Source: Lepidodermella squamata
Taxonomy: Eukaryota; Animalia; Gastrotricha
Assembly (NCBI GenBank): GCA_047495785.1
Contig: JBLDXI010000007.1
Coordinates: forward strand, 434,001-498,000
Length of the DNA: 64,000 bases
Direction of reading: 5' to 3'
Shown here one piece after another: positions 26,114 to 38,464 of this stretch (position 1 is the first letter of the stretch; every line of letters starts with the position of its first letter). The position numbers and the translations under genes are program-made. The notes below the pieces were generated by a model. That model saw only the letters and a program-made list of their open reading frames with translations. It was not told the DNA's origin and ran no database searches.

Positions 26114-29100
26114 AACACACACGTGTCTCGTCTACTTTCAATGGCGGAAATTTCGCACGCTCATATGAAAATAATGTTCAAAAAATGTAATTGTTATAGA
26201 AATGCGCGTTGACGGAGGGAGAACGCAAATATTGTAGAACTACTACGCTGAGTGGGTGATGATTATTGTATAATATTCTCGAGATAACGGTCATCTTTTT
26301 TGCATTATATACCTACGAAATTTATGTATTCCGAATGCTATATGTATACGACGACGGTAACATTCAGAGCTAGTCTTGCGTGCTCAAGAATAAAACATGG
26401 TGATGATGGAGGCTCAAAAACAAGTCTCTTGTTCGTTTCGCAGCCCAGCAATCTTTTGTTGTTTTACGTGCCTGTCGGAGGAAGGGTAAGTGGCGCGCGC
26501 GCGGTGTGTGTTATTTTTGTTTTTCTGCGGAAAAACGCGCACGACAGCTGATGCCTTAATACGCGAAGGCGCTGAACCTAAAACAATATTAAGGCGGTTG
26601 TCCGATGCTGCCATGTGAGGCTGAAACAGTACGCCGTGTTTCAAGGCGGACGATACATGACATGTGAGGGCGACGCTCTCTTGAAAAACCGCTGATGATA
26701 CTTTTATTGCACATCTTGGCAGGTCTCCTCAGAGCGATATTCGCTAGTATAATACGCCAGCCCCCGGGTTGCCATGCTACCTGCTGCTGCGGCTGTATTG
26801 CCGTGCGTAACAGCAAATATTTTGCGGCTGCCATCGAAAGAAAAGACAGGCTCAAGAACAAGAAAGACAAGACGCCACAAGCCGCTGTAATATGGCAAAA
26901 AGGGTGGCCGTTGAGCAGTTTTGTAGAGCCCATAAGTAGCCTCATGCATGACTCGTGCGAGGCGGTTTGTCACAAAAGCTGCCTCATATACCGCAAAACG
27001 CTAACCTAGATATTATTATTATTTATTGTTTTTGCAACGACGGCTATTCCTTAACAAGCGGTGACGTAGTAGGGCCGAGTCTAAAAAGATGAGGATAACC
27101 ACCATCATCATCGCCAATTTATAACGCCATGCGACACACATCCGCGAGCTGCCGGGGCCGAGACGTGCTTTCATTAGCAGTAGAATTAACCCCGGGCCGG
27201 CTCGATTATTACCTCCTGATAACCTACCTGTTGTACCCCGCCACACGAGCAGCATGTTCTGTGCGTGGCTTTGTTGCTTCTGTTGTGTTTGCCAAAAAGC
27301 AGGCCGTGTTTTGCTAGGGCGACATATTACTGTCATTATTACTTCTCATTTTCTACATCTTATTATTATTTATACGATTCACGGCGTCCCCTGTCCACTG
27401 TACCGCAGACTCAGCAATCCAGGCAGGTGGTTGCTGTGATCATCACTGTTGTTGTCATTATCACCCACCATCGCCACTACATCAGTGGTATTGCCCTTGA
27501 ACAACCGTTTAGAGACTATCATCGCCGTCGCGCTCTAACGTTGAGCATCATCGTTTCCTGTCATGTTTATCATAAACAACAACTACTAATAACATCATCA
27601 TTCAGCGAGCGTACCTGCAAGCAGCAGCAGTCGAGCAAGACGCTGCATTCGCTCTCTTCGCCGGTACACGTAGCGCGCCGACTCTTGCGCATCACACCTC
27701 GGCTGGCCACCGGGAGATGACCAGCTAGCCCGGTTATCATCACCTCGATTTATTACCTGTTTTATGGCCAAAAATCATTAATTAATGCTCTTTTAGCCTT
27801 TAATTTTACTTCTACAACGGATTGAGTGCAAAGCTCAAGTTCAACTCTTCACCTAGGAATATATGATCTAACTTCGAAATTAGGGAAATAATTAGCCGAA
27901 GCTCGTCTTGATGGTCTACTTTACTCCTTTTCACGCTGTAATTACAATAAGATGCCTTTCATTAGTTTCGATTTTCAAGACCACAAACTTTCCACATCTT
28001 TATGGGATTCCTACCTTGAGATACTTATTTCGGGCTTGTAACTAAGGAGATTGGATTATTAATGTTAAAACTTGGGACTTCGCTCGCTTTCCTCTCAAAT
28101 GGATTTAGGCTCCATAGTCTAGGAACCAATATAAGTGTCGCTACTTCGAGCTTTCCTGATAACCTGCATCTCCAATGTAGTTGAGTTCAATGATACGGCT
28201 AATTATATTCCTTGCGTTTTACATTGAGCCTTAATTTTAGACCATTTTACATTTTACATTACTTCCTTTGTTTCTGTTGGCCGAATTTTCACGGCAAGAA
28301 ATGAGAAATTTCCGTCATTTTCTTTTGACTGAGTCCACGAATATAACCAGGCAGAAAGTTGGCCTATTCTTGTGTAATTAGATCATAGGAACTTGTCTAT
28401 GCCCCGCGCATCGCGAGCCTACTTGAGAAAAAATAATACCAGGTATTTATTGCCATCCGAGACAGACCGCTGTCACATGTTGGCGGTTGATGAAGGACAC
28501 GGATAAGGCGCTTGCGGCCTGCCACTTTGAAATCGCTCTTCTTTACTCTGTCATTTTTGAAATGTGCGCCACAAGTGTGTTTATCATGGCTATTAATTAA
28601 TATTGCCATGTGATGAGCGCTAAGCGATGACCCGAGTCAATAATGTTATATAGCTGCCGATACCGGACTCTTACAAGTAAATAAACGGGCCATTATTACA
28701 AACCCAACAAAAAGGCGATATTTATGGTTATAAAACGCCACCGGCACCTATAGGCTATATACCAGTTTTGATCGTTTCAAGGCTAAGCAAAGCGTTCAGC
28801 CGCTTCGGCTTAACGGTGTCACGTGTATATAAAAACGAGCCCGCGCTGCGTCCATCGTGCTGCTGCTGATGGCGGCCGAACAGCCGCTATTTCCGCCCGC
28901 CGTCTCGGCCGTCGTCGCACTTGTTTTATTTGCCGTTTCGCCATCGTGCAAGTGCGCCGACCACCACCTTAATTATCATCATCGGCACACTTGGCACGCC
29001 GCGGCCCCTGTACGAGAACAATAATATTATGGCCTATTGTAATATCAAGTGACCGAACATGCGGGGCCGAAAAATCAGTGCATGAATTTAACCCAGCGCA

Positions 29101-30761
29101 ATTTTTTCGCTCCACGTAACTGGTGATTGTTTGCGCGCCTCTGTTTCCCCTCATCACTCATCTTTCTTCCCCACAATATATGAAAAACTTCCTAATATGA
29201 TAAGGCGGTTATTTCAGTTTTAAACTAGTTACTTTCAAGTTCGGTCAAGAGTAAGTTTACTTTAATCAACCTTAGTCAAGACATTTCTGTGGATCAAGTC
29301 GATCGACTCGGCGCTGATTAATTGCACGCTATGCGCTGTTGCAGAGGTGCGGTCGTCGCACAACAATGTGACGCGATAGTGCAAAGCGACGCGCGTCAAT
29401 AATAAATGAATCAAACTCTAAATCCTGTTCATTTGTCTTTAAATTTATTTGGCTTCGATATAACTCGCTTATAATAATAATACATCAAGTAAGCGCCACA
29501 TCAGCAGTACAACGTCTATGTCTAGGTATGTGAGCATTATGTTAATGTCCATCAGGCGGCGAAAAGGCTGCGTTGTATAAGTAACAGCGAGTAAAATGTA
29601 CGCAAAATTTAGGACATGGTTCATTTTGTACACAAAATGCCAAAAAGTCTTAGACCATCATTTCCGTCGTCATTTCTCGACGCCTGAAAGAGGTCAGCTA
29701 GCTGAAGGTCTCACTCAATCTAAATGCCTTCAAATAATAATAATAACAACAATAATAACATTCGCGACACTTGAGGAAGAAATCTTTGCACGAGAGTTAC
29801 AATTATACCTGCCTAATAGCGCTTTGTTTCGCCATTTAACTTGCGAAGAGGTAACATTTTACCAGCCGGCAACTTGTCACCGCCATGGTCTCGCATGTCT
29901 TTCGCTCTCTTGACTTTTGAAACCGAGATGTTTCACCTTGGCACCGCCGCAGCTTTTAAAAAGCGTTTTCAAAACAAAAAGCGATGACAATTTAGATATA
30001 ACAGTTTACGGATTATTATGTTTTTTTTTGCGAAATAGTTGCATTCTATGAAACGTGCCGTCGTTCTACCGCATTCTTTTGTCGCGTTTTCGGCTGGTTA
30101 TTTTTAGACACCAGGGCGTTTCGACAATTACTGTTATTATTTCGCTATTACTTATTACATTATAAGCAAAAATGTTGCCAGCTCCATCGCACAAAAATAA
30201 TAACAAACAACACCATCATCATCAACAATGCGCATATGTATAGGCTGGCTTCGGCCGAAAATTATTCATTAATTATTAACCTTTATATAGGTAAATACGG
30301 TTTATAGAAGTGCCCATCTCTCGAAGTGCCGATTGCCGGCTTCTCCCGCTGGTCTAATTGGCCGATAAACAACATTTTATGGGCCCGAAAGCGTCGCCTA
30401 TGGTCGATCTCTCGCTCATGTGTTTCACGTATTTCCCTACTCTCGCAATAACTGCCTTAAAATGAGATTTCAACAGCACGCTAAATTAAAATTTAAATCG
30501 ATCACAAATATTTTCGGAAAAAATTTGGTGATTTTCCCGCTATTTTTCTTCGCCTAATGCGTCCCCGGGGGTAAAAATGTGTGAAATCATGGTAAAAAAA
30601 TCTTCGAAATGTCACCTTATATCTTTTAATAATTTATCAATTTACTTCTTGATTATTTTTAGCGTAAACAGACTTGTTTTTCTTGAGATGAATTTTGTTT
30701 ATTTTGATAATAGATCAAGCCTGTACATTGGTGCGATTGAGTTGATTTTTTACTTTGAACG

Positions 30762-33700
30762 ATGAGTGGCCTCGGCGGCGAGCGCGATCTTACAGCCGTG
30801 CTGATAGGCGCTTGCGTCGGCTCGATGACCGTTCTAGTTTTCACCATCGGCATACTTGCCTTCATTTACTGGTGCTGTTTCCGGGAGCGCCTGCGGTGGT
30901 GGCGAAAATTCGAGAACGCAGCCGTCGTCATCGGCGGCAATAACTCGCCGTCAACTCGATCCGGCTCGACCTCCCTGACCAACAAACCTATGGGTTTGCC
31001 AACATCCAGTCTCATCGACTCGACCGCCCCTCCACTTGCCGGAGTTTCCACAATTTCTGGCACGGCAGTTCAACACTCAAACGCAAACTCAGTTCGCAGC
31101 TATCAAACAAGCAAGGTAAATTAACCCCGAAATAATTTTTCTAGAAAATGTTTCTTATATCTAAATTTAGCACCCAAATGACGTAGTTGCCGACTTCAGC
31201 TCGAAGCCGATTAACAGTGATGGCAGCGTAACCGGAACTTTGGACCGGAATGGCAATGCCTTGCAAAGCCAGCCGTTGATATCAGCCATGAAAAATTCGA
31301 GTATCGCATTGTCTACTACGCAACTCGTTAGCAACAAGCGTTCGCCCATCAACGCCTCGACGAGTAATTTAGCCACTGCTCCTGGTGATCGGCAGTTTTA
31401 CAAGGCGAATCGGCCGAATTACAGCTCGAGTAAAGTCCGGCCGGGGTTGTCCTTAGCTGCCTTGCCGACAACATCGCAACAGGTGTATCATTTACAGCAA
31501 CATCAGCAGTATTTAAATAATAAGCAGCGACTTGCACCGACTGCGGAACAAACTGCTGGCCCAGTACCGCCGAATGTTGTGAGGAGGACAAGTCATCAAT
31601 CGAAAATGGCTATTGCGAATAACAACAACAACAACAACAACAACAACGCAGTTCGGGTGCGTGGGGTCAGTGTCCCGGATGACGGGCGAGAAGAGGCGTC
31701 GGCGAATAAGGAGCACCAACGGGCGTCACCGGCGTCGTCGAACGCGTCCTCCTTCGCAACTTCAGCTAAAAAGTGGTCGTCAATGCCGGCCATCGCAGCT
31801 CTGGGCGACTTTGTGACCCGAGAGCGGGAACGAATTGTTCAACGAACGGTTTCGAAGCGGGCGCAACATGCGGGTGCTAATAATAATAATCAGCAGAAGG
31901 AGACGGAGGAGGTTTCGACGTCCTGGCGAATGCCGCCAGCCTCGCAATATCTGCCGAACAGCACGTCTCAGTCGAATTTGACGACGGCTGGCGTGGCTGG
32001 TAGGATTCGCAACCAGCAGCGACGGCAAACGGTTACTCTTGGAAATCAGCTGAGTCACAAAATTGACGACGAACAAAACGAAAGGTAATTTTAGTTCAAT
32101 TCGCATTGTCGAATGTGCGCACAAATTTAAGGTTCCAGCTCGTAATAATTTTCTTGTTTTTTTTTATAGCGAGAAGCAATCGCCCCAGTCGGCTCTTATG
32201 ATGACTCGCGAGGCACAATACACGTTTACAAGGGACGACGACTACGACCAGTCTTCCTCTCCAGAGCTTTACCGCAAGCAAGGCCCGAATAACATAAACA
32301 GCTCCGATAAATCAACTACGGCTGACTCGCCGCCCCCGTCCGTAAAAGCAATTGTTGGTGTTTTGCCTCAGCGTCACCAGATCGTTACAACTGCGACCTA
32401 CGTCCAGAAAATGGCAATCACCCAAGCGTCGACTAGCAGCAGTGGCGAGTATGGTAGCCACTCGAGCCGTGTCAGTGGCGACGATTCGGCCATTGTTATA
32501 ACCGACTCTGGCCAGTCGACGTCGTCGAAAAATGGCACAGACGCCGAGCCGGCTACTACGTCACCCGCAGCCGAACCGCGGGACCCGCCCCAAGTTGAAC
32601 CCGCTGTCATCAAGTCAGCGTTGAAAAAACCCCCGCCACCACCCCCGCAACACCCGCTGGACGACGAACCGGCCGACTCTCTCAACCCGCCGAGTTCGTT
32701 GAAAGCTGACGATGACGTCATCGTGTCAAGCTCGATGCGGTCGAAAATCGCCAAAATTCGCCGATATAAACAACGATCTCGAACAACTAGTGGTTTCGCG
32801 CTTAGTATGGCTAATATGCGATCGCTCAGTGTTGCCGAGCTTAGCACCCGGCCTATATCGAACGGCAATAGCAATAATAACAATAAGTCGGCCGATGACA
32901 GCCAACAGACTGATTTCACGTCGAACAATCAGCAGCGGGTTCCACTGCGGCACCAACCCGGGTCGCATCCGAGGCGGGAATTGAACGCTGGCTTCACATA
33001 CGCTGCTTCGGCCTCTACGACGATAACAGGCCACACAATCGGCGTGCATGTTGACAATTCAGGACAAGGCAGGCCGAATTATCATGGCAATAATGCTCTC
33101 TCGCCTAATAACGGGTGAGTGATATTCGAACTTCGATTTTTAGATTCCAATGAATTTCTCCCAATACAGGAATGGTCTTCGCCGATATGCTACGATGGAG
33201 GCGTTAATAGAGCGTAACGATTCAAATGCCGGCGTCTATATGGGTCGCATAGCTTCCTCAATCACAACCAGTACAACTACAACAACCTCGACAACTGCCA
33301 GAAACACCCAACCTGACAGCAAAAATCACTCTAATAATAACACCACTGTCGCCGATTTCGAAAACGCAAAACTACTCGGAACCAATACTAACCCCTTGTC
33401 GAGTAATAATAGCGAAACCGGCAGTAGTGTCGGCATGAAGACGCCAAATAGCAGTATTCGTGCCCCAGTGTCGATCGCATCTACCTCGTCAGCCTCGTCC
33501 AAGGTGCATCACAACGCCCCATCAACTTCGGTCAACGTAATCACGAACGACCAAAGCGCTGGGTTGAAGGTAACTGTTGGCGGCCAGCAGAATAGTCAAA
33601 GTCAAGGAACCGGCGGTATTAGAGCGTCGATTAATAACCAACCGAGTGCGCCGAAGCGGAACAACAGCACGGCCGCTGAACGGGCGACCACTGTCTACTC

Positions 33701-34782
33701 GGCGAATTCTGCGTCGTACAACGTCGAACAGGCCACTCGGCATCACATGCTGAGTAGGGCGAGTAGCCAGCGTCAGCCGGCGGACTTCGATGACGATGAC
33801 GACACTATGTCGTTCTCGGCGGATCAGGCTAAACGCGTGACCGAAACTGCGTTCCAGTTTTTGAACGAGTTCTCGGAAGCGGAGACGCAAAGCCAGCGCA
33901 GTGTCGATGAAGTGACCCTAGATGGTAGTAGCCGCGCAGATTCAGAACGTGAGTCATACAAATAAATTTTTTCGAATGCCCCTGATTTACCGGAAATTTG
34001 ACTATTCAAGCGAAATTATTGAGAATTCGAGAGAAACTGAGCTCTTGGTTCACCTTGTCTCAGCTAGACCAGTGTAAGATTTATGCTGGGCATTTTTCGT
34101 AGCATTTGGATAGCGAGCTTTTGTTGGGAAATCTCTGAACGCTTTCCAGCTCGGAAAAATTCAAAAAGTTATCGATGCTTCTCTTCACCATTCAGGTCAT
34201 GACACGATTTCATCATGTAATTCTGATTTCAGCGGCAGATGACGATCGGTTGGTACACTAAGAAATAACATCAATTGTAGTTTTGCGAATATCGTCTTTC
34301 TATTCGTAATTTCCTGTCTTTCAATTTAACTACTCTGTACCCGCCTTAATATGTTAACTCAATTTTGGAAAAATCCTCCATTTCGTATCTAGAATAGACA
34401 GCGTTTCCCTAATCCTGTTTAATATTCGGTACTTGGTCGTATAATCCATGTCGTTTGCATGTTCTTCAACTTCTATTTTTAGTCGACTAAAATCGTCTGG
34501 TTATATCCAATGACTCATCGTGGTGCTTCGGGTACATCTAAAAAATGTCGATTTTCTTGCTATTTCTTGAAATTAAATGCGATTTTTTTTATTAATTTTT
34601 TAGAGAGCGAATCTTTTCGGCCACCCTACCAACGCGACCTTCACATCCCAGGAGGTAAACAACAACCGCATCAGCTGTTGCAGAGCGGCGGATCGTCCGG
34701 GAGATCGCGCGGCAGCCCGGCGCCGCCGCCTAACAACCGGCAGTTCAAGCAGCAGGAGTTGCGGCTCGGCGATTGGTTGTGA
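30762..34782 (+). CDS. Uncharacterised single-pass membrane protein with very long low-complexity cytoplasmic tail (~1050 aa); exons 30762-31115, 31171-32084, 32170-33114, 33170-33948, optional small exons, 34604-34782
   Basis: N-terminal TM helix followed by WCCFRERLR (palmitoylation, positive-inside). Four long ORFs are joined in frame by 55-85 nt GT-AG introns. The 3' exon structure is uncertain. Confidence 0.75.
31621..31647 (+). repeat. (AAC)9 coding microsatellite (poly-Asn)
   Basis: Perfect AAC run inside exon 2 of the orphan gene. Confidence 0.9.
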
Positions 34783-35430
34783 TGATTCATCTTAGTTTAT
34801 CATTTTTTGTCTACCTCAAAACAACACTGGTTGCTATTCACGAGATTGGCTCACCTTTACTCACATGATTTTTCGCTTTTTCTGTTCAACCGCCGTAGCA
34901 GAGATGTCCCGATAAAATGTGTACTTACGATATATTTTTCTTTCCTGATCCGAGTCGCGAGAAAAACACTGTACATTGAATCCTAGATTTTTTATTGGTT
35001 AGATCACTTTCCATCATCCTTCATAAAACGCGTTTTCCGTCTTCTCAATGCATGATTTCTCAATAATCAAATGATATTCACGTATAACATGGATAATACT
35101 GAAACTGCAGCGGAAAAAGTGCTCTAATCTATTGCAGCGAATAAATAATTATACAACGTAAAATTAAATTTCGATATACAAAACAAACAGTAAATAAAAC
35201 AGAGATAATTTTCGAAGGTTTGATTGTTTTCAAAAGAAAATGGCAAGAATTTCAAGGCACAATTAAGGATAACGTTATTCACCGCATATACAAGGAGCGA
35301 AGGTAAATGTAAAATCGATAAAATCTCATGCGCGATATAATTTCAAAACAAAACCGAAGATTTGAGGAGCACCAAAAATGACAATGAGCTACGTGAAACG
35401 TGAACAGCAGTAAATGAAGTGTTTAAAAAA

Positions 35431-37825
35431 TCACCAGCTATCACCAGAATCTTGGAGCTGTTTCTTGCATGACTGCGTATTGTGCAAGTGGAAAGCATAA
35501 TTCACAGGGGCGATTGTCGCTTTTCGCTTCGAGCTGAAATCGGCCTTATCACGGGTCATTCGAAGGCAGACATCAGGCCGCCCAGAAGCACCAAGAGCGA
35601 TGTTAGTTCTAAACGAAATTTGCGCAGATCCCGTCGAATCAAACGACTGCGATAGCCCTAAAACCGGTAGAGCTATCGAATTTTTCGATGAAATATCAAC
35701 ACTAGTCGCGATTAACGTTTCAGCAGCTTGCGACCATAGGCTAATTGAGGCTGATCCTTTCACAACAACACTAGCCGCCACCTTAATCGAAGTCTCTAAA
35801 ACCAATCCATTGATCAATTCAATGCGATCAGCCGAGTCGATTACTGGGACATTAAGGTGGGCCACTTCGATCAAATCGGACGGCGCGTTCCAAACAGCTG
35901 ACATCATATCGTCCTGACCACGGAAGAGATCGGCGTGACGAGCAACAGCCACGCCTCGATCTTCATCCCCGCTGACTTTCATTGTTATCGAAGCGGCTGG
36001 GTCGACGTTTTGCCGCACTGGCGCGTCTCCGCCGATTAAACTCGACATTAACACGTCCATTCCAACAGCGTCGATTTCAACCTCGAATATCCGCCAGTTT
36101 TTACTGTTCACCGAGAAGCTGCTGTGGACTAGTGTGTCCGGAGCAACATTTTGAACATCCAATAGATAATTCAACGGTAACTGGTGGAAAAGCGGGCCTT
36201 CGACATACACCGAAGTTATAGGCACAGAACTTTTGACTGAAGACTCGTCTCGTAACGAGAAAACAACCGGCCCATAAGCTGATAGCAGTTTCTCTCGAAA
36301 ATTATCGTCAGTAGCTATTATCGTTCGAATTTTCTTCGATAAATACGCGGTGAATTCCGTCAAAACTGGAACGGACAAAATCTGCTCAACCGCCAAACCG
36401 AATGCCCTAGAGAATCTCCGATTATTCAGTAAAGCCGAATTAGGGCACAACAATAAGTCCAAAGCAGCAAATCGGATTTCAGGTTGAGATGACTGCTTCT
36501 CAAAAATTTGCAGCAAAGTGCTGAACTGGTCATCACTCGGTTCCCATTTCGTCCGTCTTAACGCACGTAAACATCCGGCTGAAATTTGAGGATGTTGCCC
36601 ATCTTTAACCGCTAAATCCCAAGTAAATTGCTGTGATAGAGGGAAATTAGCCAGGGCAGAATCTAGAGCTCTCGCAACAACTAGTTTACACGCGACGTAT
36701 TGGCATGTTTCGAATTTTGATTTAAGGTGGTCAAAAACTTGTTCGCTCGACTTTTGACATGCCGCAGATTGCCCGCTATGGCAGAGTTGGTTTAGTAGAC
36801 AGGTCACTCCGAAACTGATTTCTTGTCCAACGAATTGATCGCTCGATTTCTCAAGTTCTAACGACTTGTTAATAATGGTTTCGATCAAACCGGCGTTTGT
36901 TCGGTCGTGGCGATGAATACACATGTTTGAGAAGTACCTCCGTACAAACATCGGCTTTGAGAAGTAAGTTTCGAGTAGATTCTTGTGACTTTCAATAGAA
37001 TTAGACCCGGAGACACAGTCGACGAGAGAAATACTAAAAAAGCAGGTTATTTCATCAACAAATTGTTGAAAAATTACTGAACTCACCCTTCAACATTTTT
37101 ACATTGAGATTGGATAGGCTCAGGCTTCGATGAGATTGATTTCAAAGTTTCAAGTCCACTTTTACTGGACAAAACCTCCATAACTGACGCTAAATCTTTC
37201 CCATTTACGACAATATGGCCACATTCTGAGGTGCTAATTAGGTGGGCTTGGACGTCATTGCGAACAAAAACCGGCTCGACTTGTTCCGACCCAACCAAAG
37301 GCATCGTAACCAACTGCCGAGCATCAATCGAAATAGGATGATGTTGCCCAAAGTCATTGTCAAATTCGTTTTTAAACGCAAAATTTCCAGCTTTGTATTC
37401 ATTGTTAGTTTGAGGTACGAGTAGCTTGATGAATCCGTTGAGCAAGGCAGACAGAGTTTGGTTGCTGAATGACGCCGGGAAATAAGCCCCCGCTATCGAA
37501 TTGCCGCGAATATGGGCGATGGCAAAATCAGACTGGACACCTGATTTCGCGTGCTGGTGATGCGAATGAAACTCAACCCGCAATAGTTCGTCCTCTCCAT
37601 TCAGCCACAGGGTGCACGCATCAACATGACCGTGAAGTCGCAATTTCCGAAACGCGCTTTGACCAAGGGACTGAGCTTCGATCTTTGATTGATACGAATA
37701 ATGGTATAGACGGCCAAGTTCGAATTGATCTAATAAAAAAATGGTCTGATTCGTTCCAAATTAACTTTTTTCAGAAACTTACTTGATATAGAAAGCAAAC
37801 TTAGAAGAACCAAAAGTTGTTTCAT
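35431..37825 (-). CDS. MTTP: Microsomal triglyceride transfer protein large subunit (large lipid transfer family); exons 37825-37783, 37729-37087, ~37033-35431
   Basis: Signal peptide MKQLLVLLSLL, FELGRLYHYSY, helical domain, LFRGQDDMMSAVWNA, GSASISLWSQAAET, VCLRM, C-terminal NTQSC. Confidence 0.78.
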
Positions 37826-38464
37826 TTGGCATATAAAAGGGCTAAAATAAGAAAAAAAATCGACATGAATTTTCGCAATTAATCTTTCCTTTCTTTTTTT
37901 TACGTCGAATTACTTCATGAGCTTACTCTGTGATATTTCATATTTTTACCGCATAATATAAGAACAACAGCAAACTATTTATCACGCACATTCACGCTCT
38001 TCGTATCAATCATACGTCCGTCATGAAATCATCAAACTATTTTTAAAACGAGGTTGCCGTAGACGGATGAAAAAAGCTCTATTTACGCAATGAAATCGTA
38101 ACATACCTGCAACAAGCATTCGCCGAGGAGGCGTTTACCATTCTTTTTCAGAATATAATTCCAACATATAGCACGTTCACTCATAAACACAACACGGGGA
38201 TCACGATGTATATCTTCTGCTTAAATATCGCGGCGCGTGAAAAACAAACATCAACACAAGCTGGGCTTTTTTGAATTTTCATTTCATTTCATTTTGAAGA
38301 AGAAGAAAAAAAGAGTAAGATTGATTGATGATACAAAACACGGGAAGACACAAAGAGAGACATAGAGCTAATACACACAGGCGTAGAAGGAGAGACAAGC
38401 ATACACAAAGAGAAAAGAAAAACACAAGAGCCGTTTTTACGAGTTTATACTCTATCAGATGGTG

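Noticed and set aside
27265-27720. 151-aa ORF and neighbours in the gene-free stretch
   Set aside because: Non-ATG start, low-complexity composition, no motifs or splice support.
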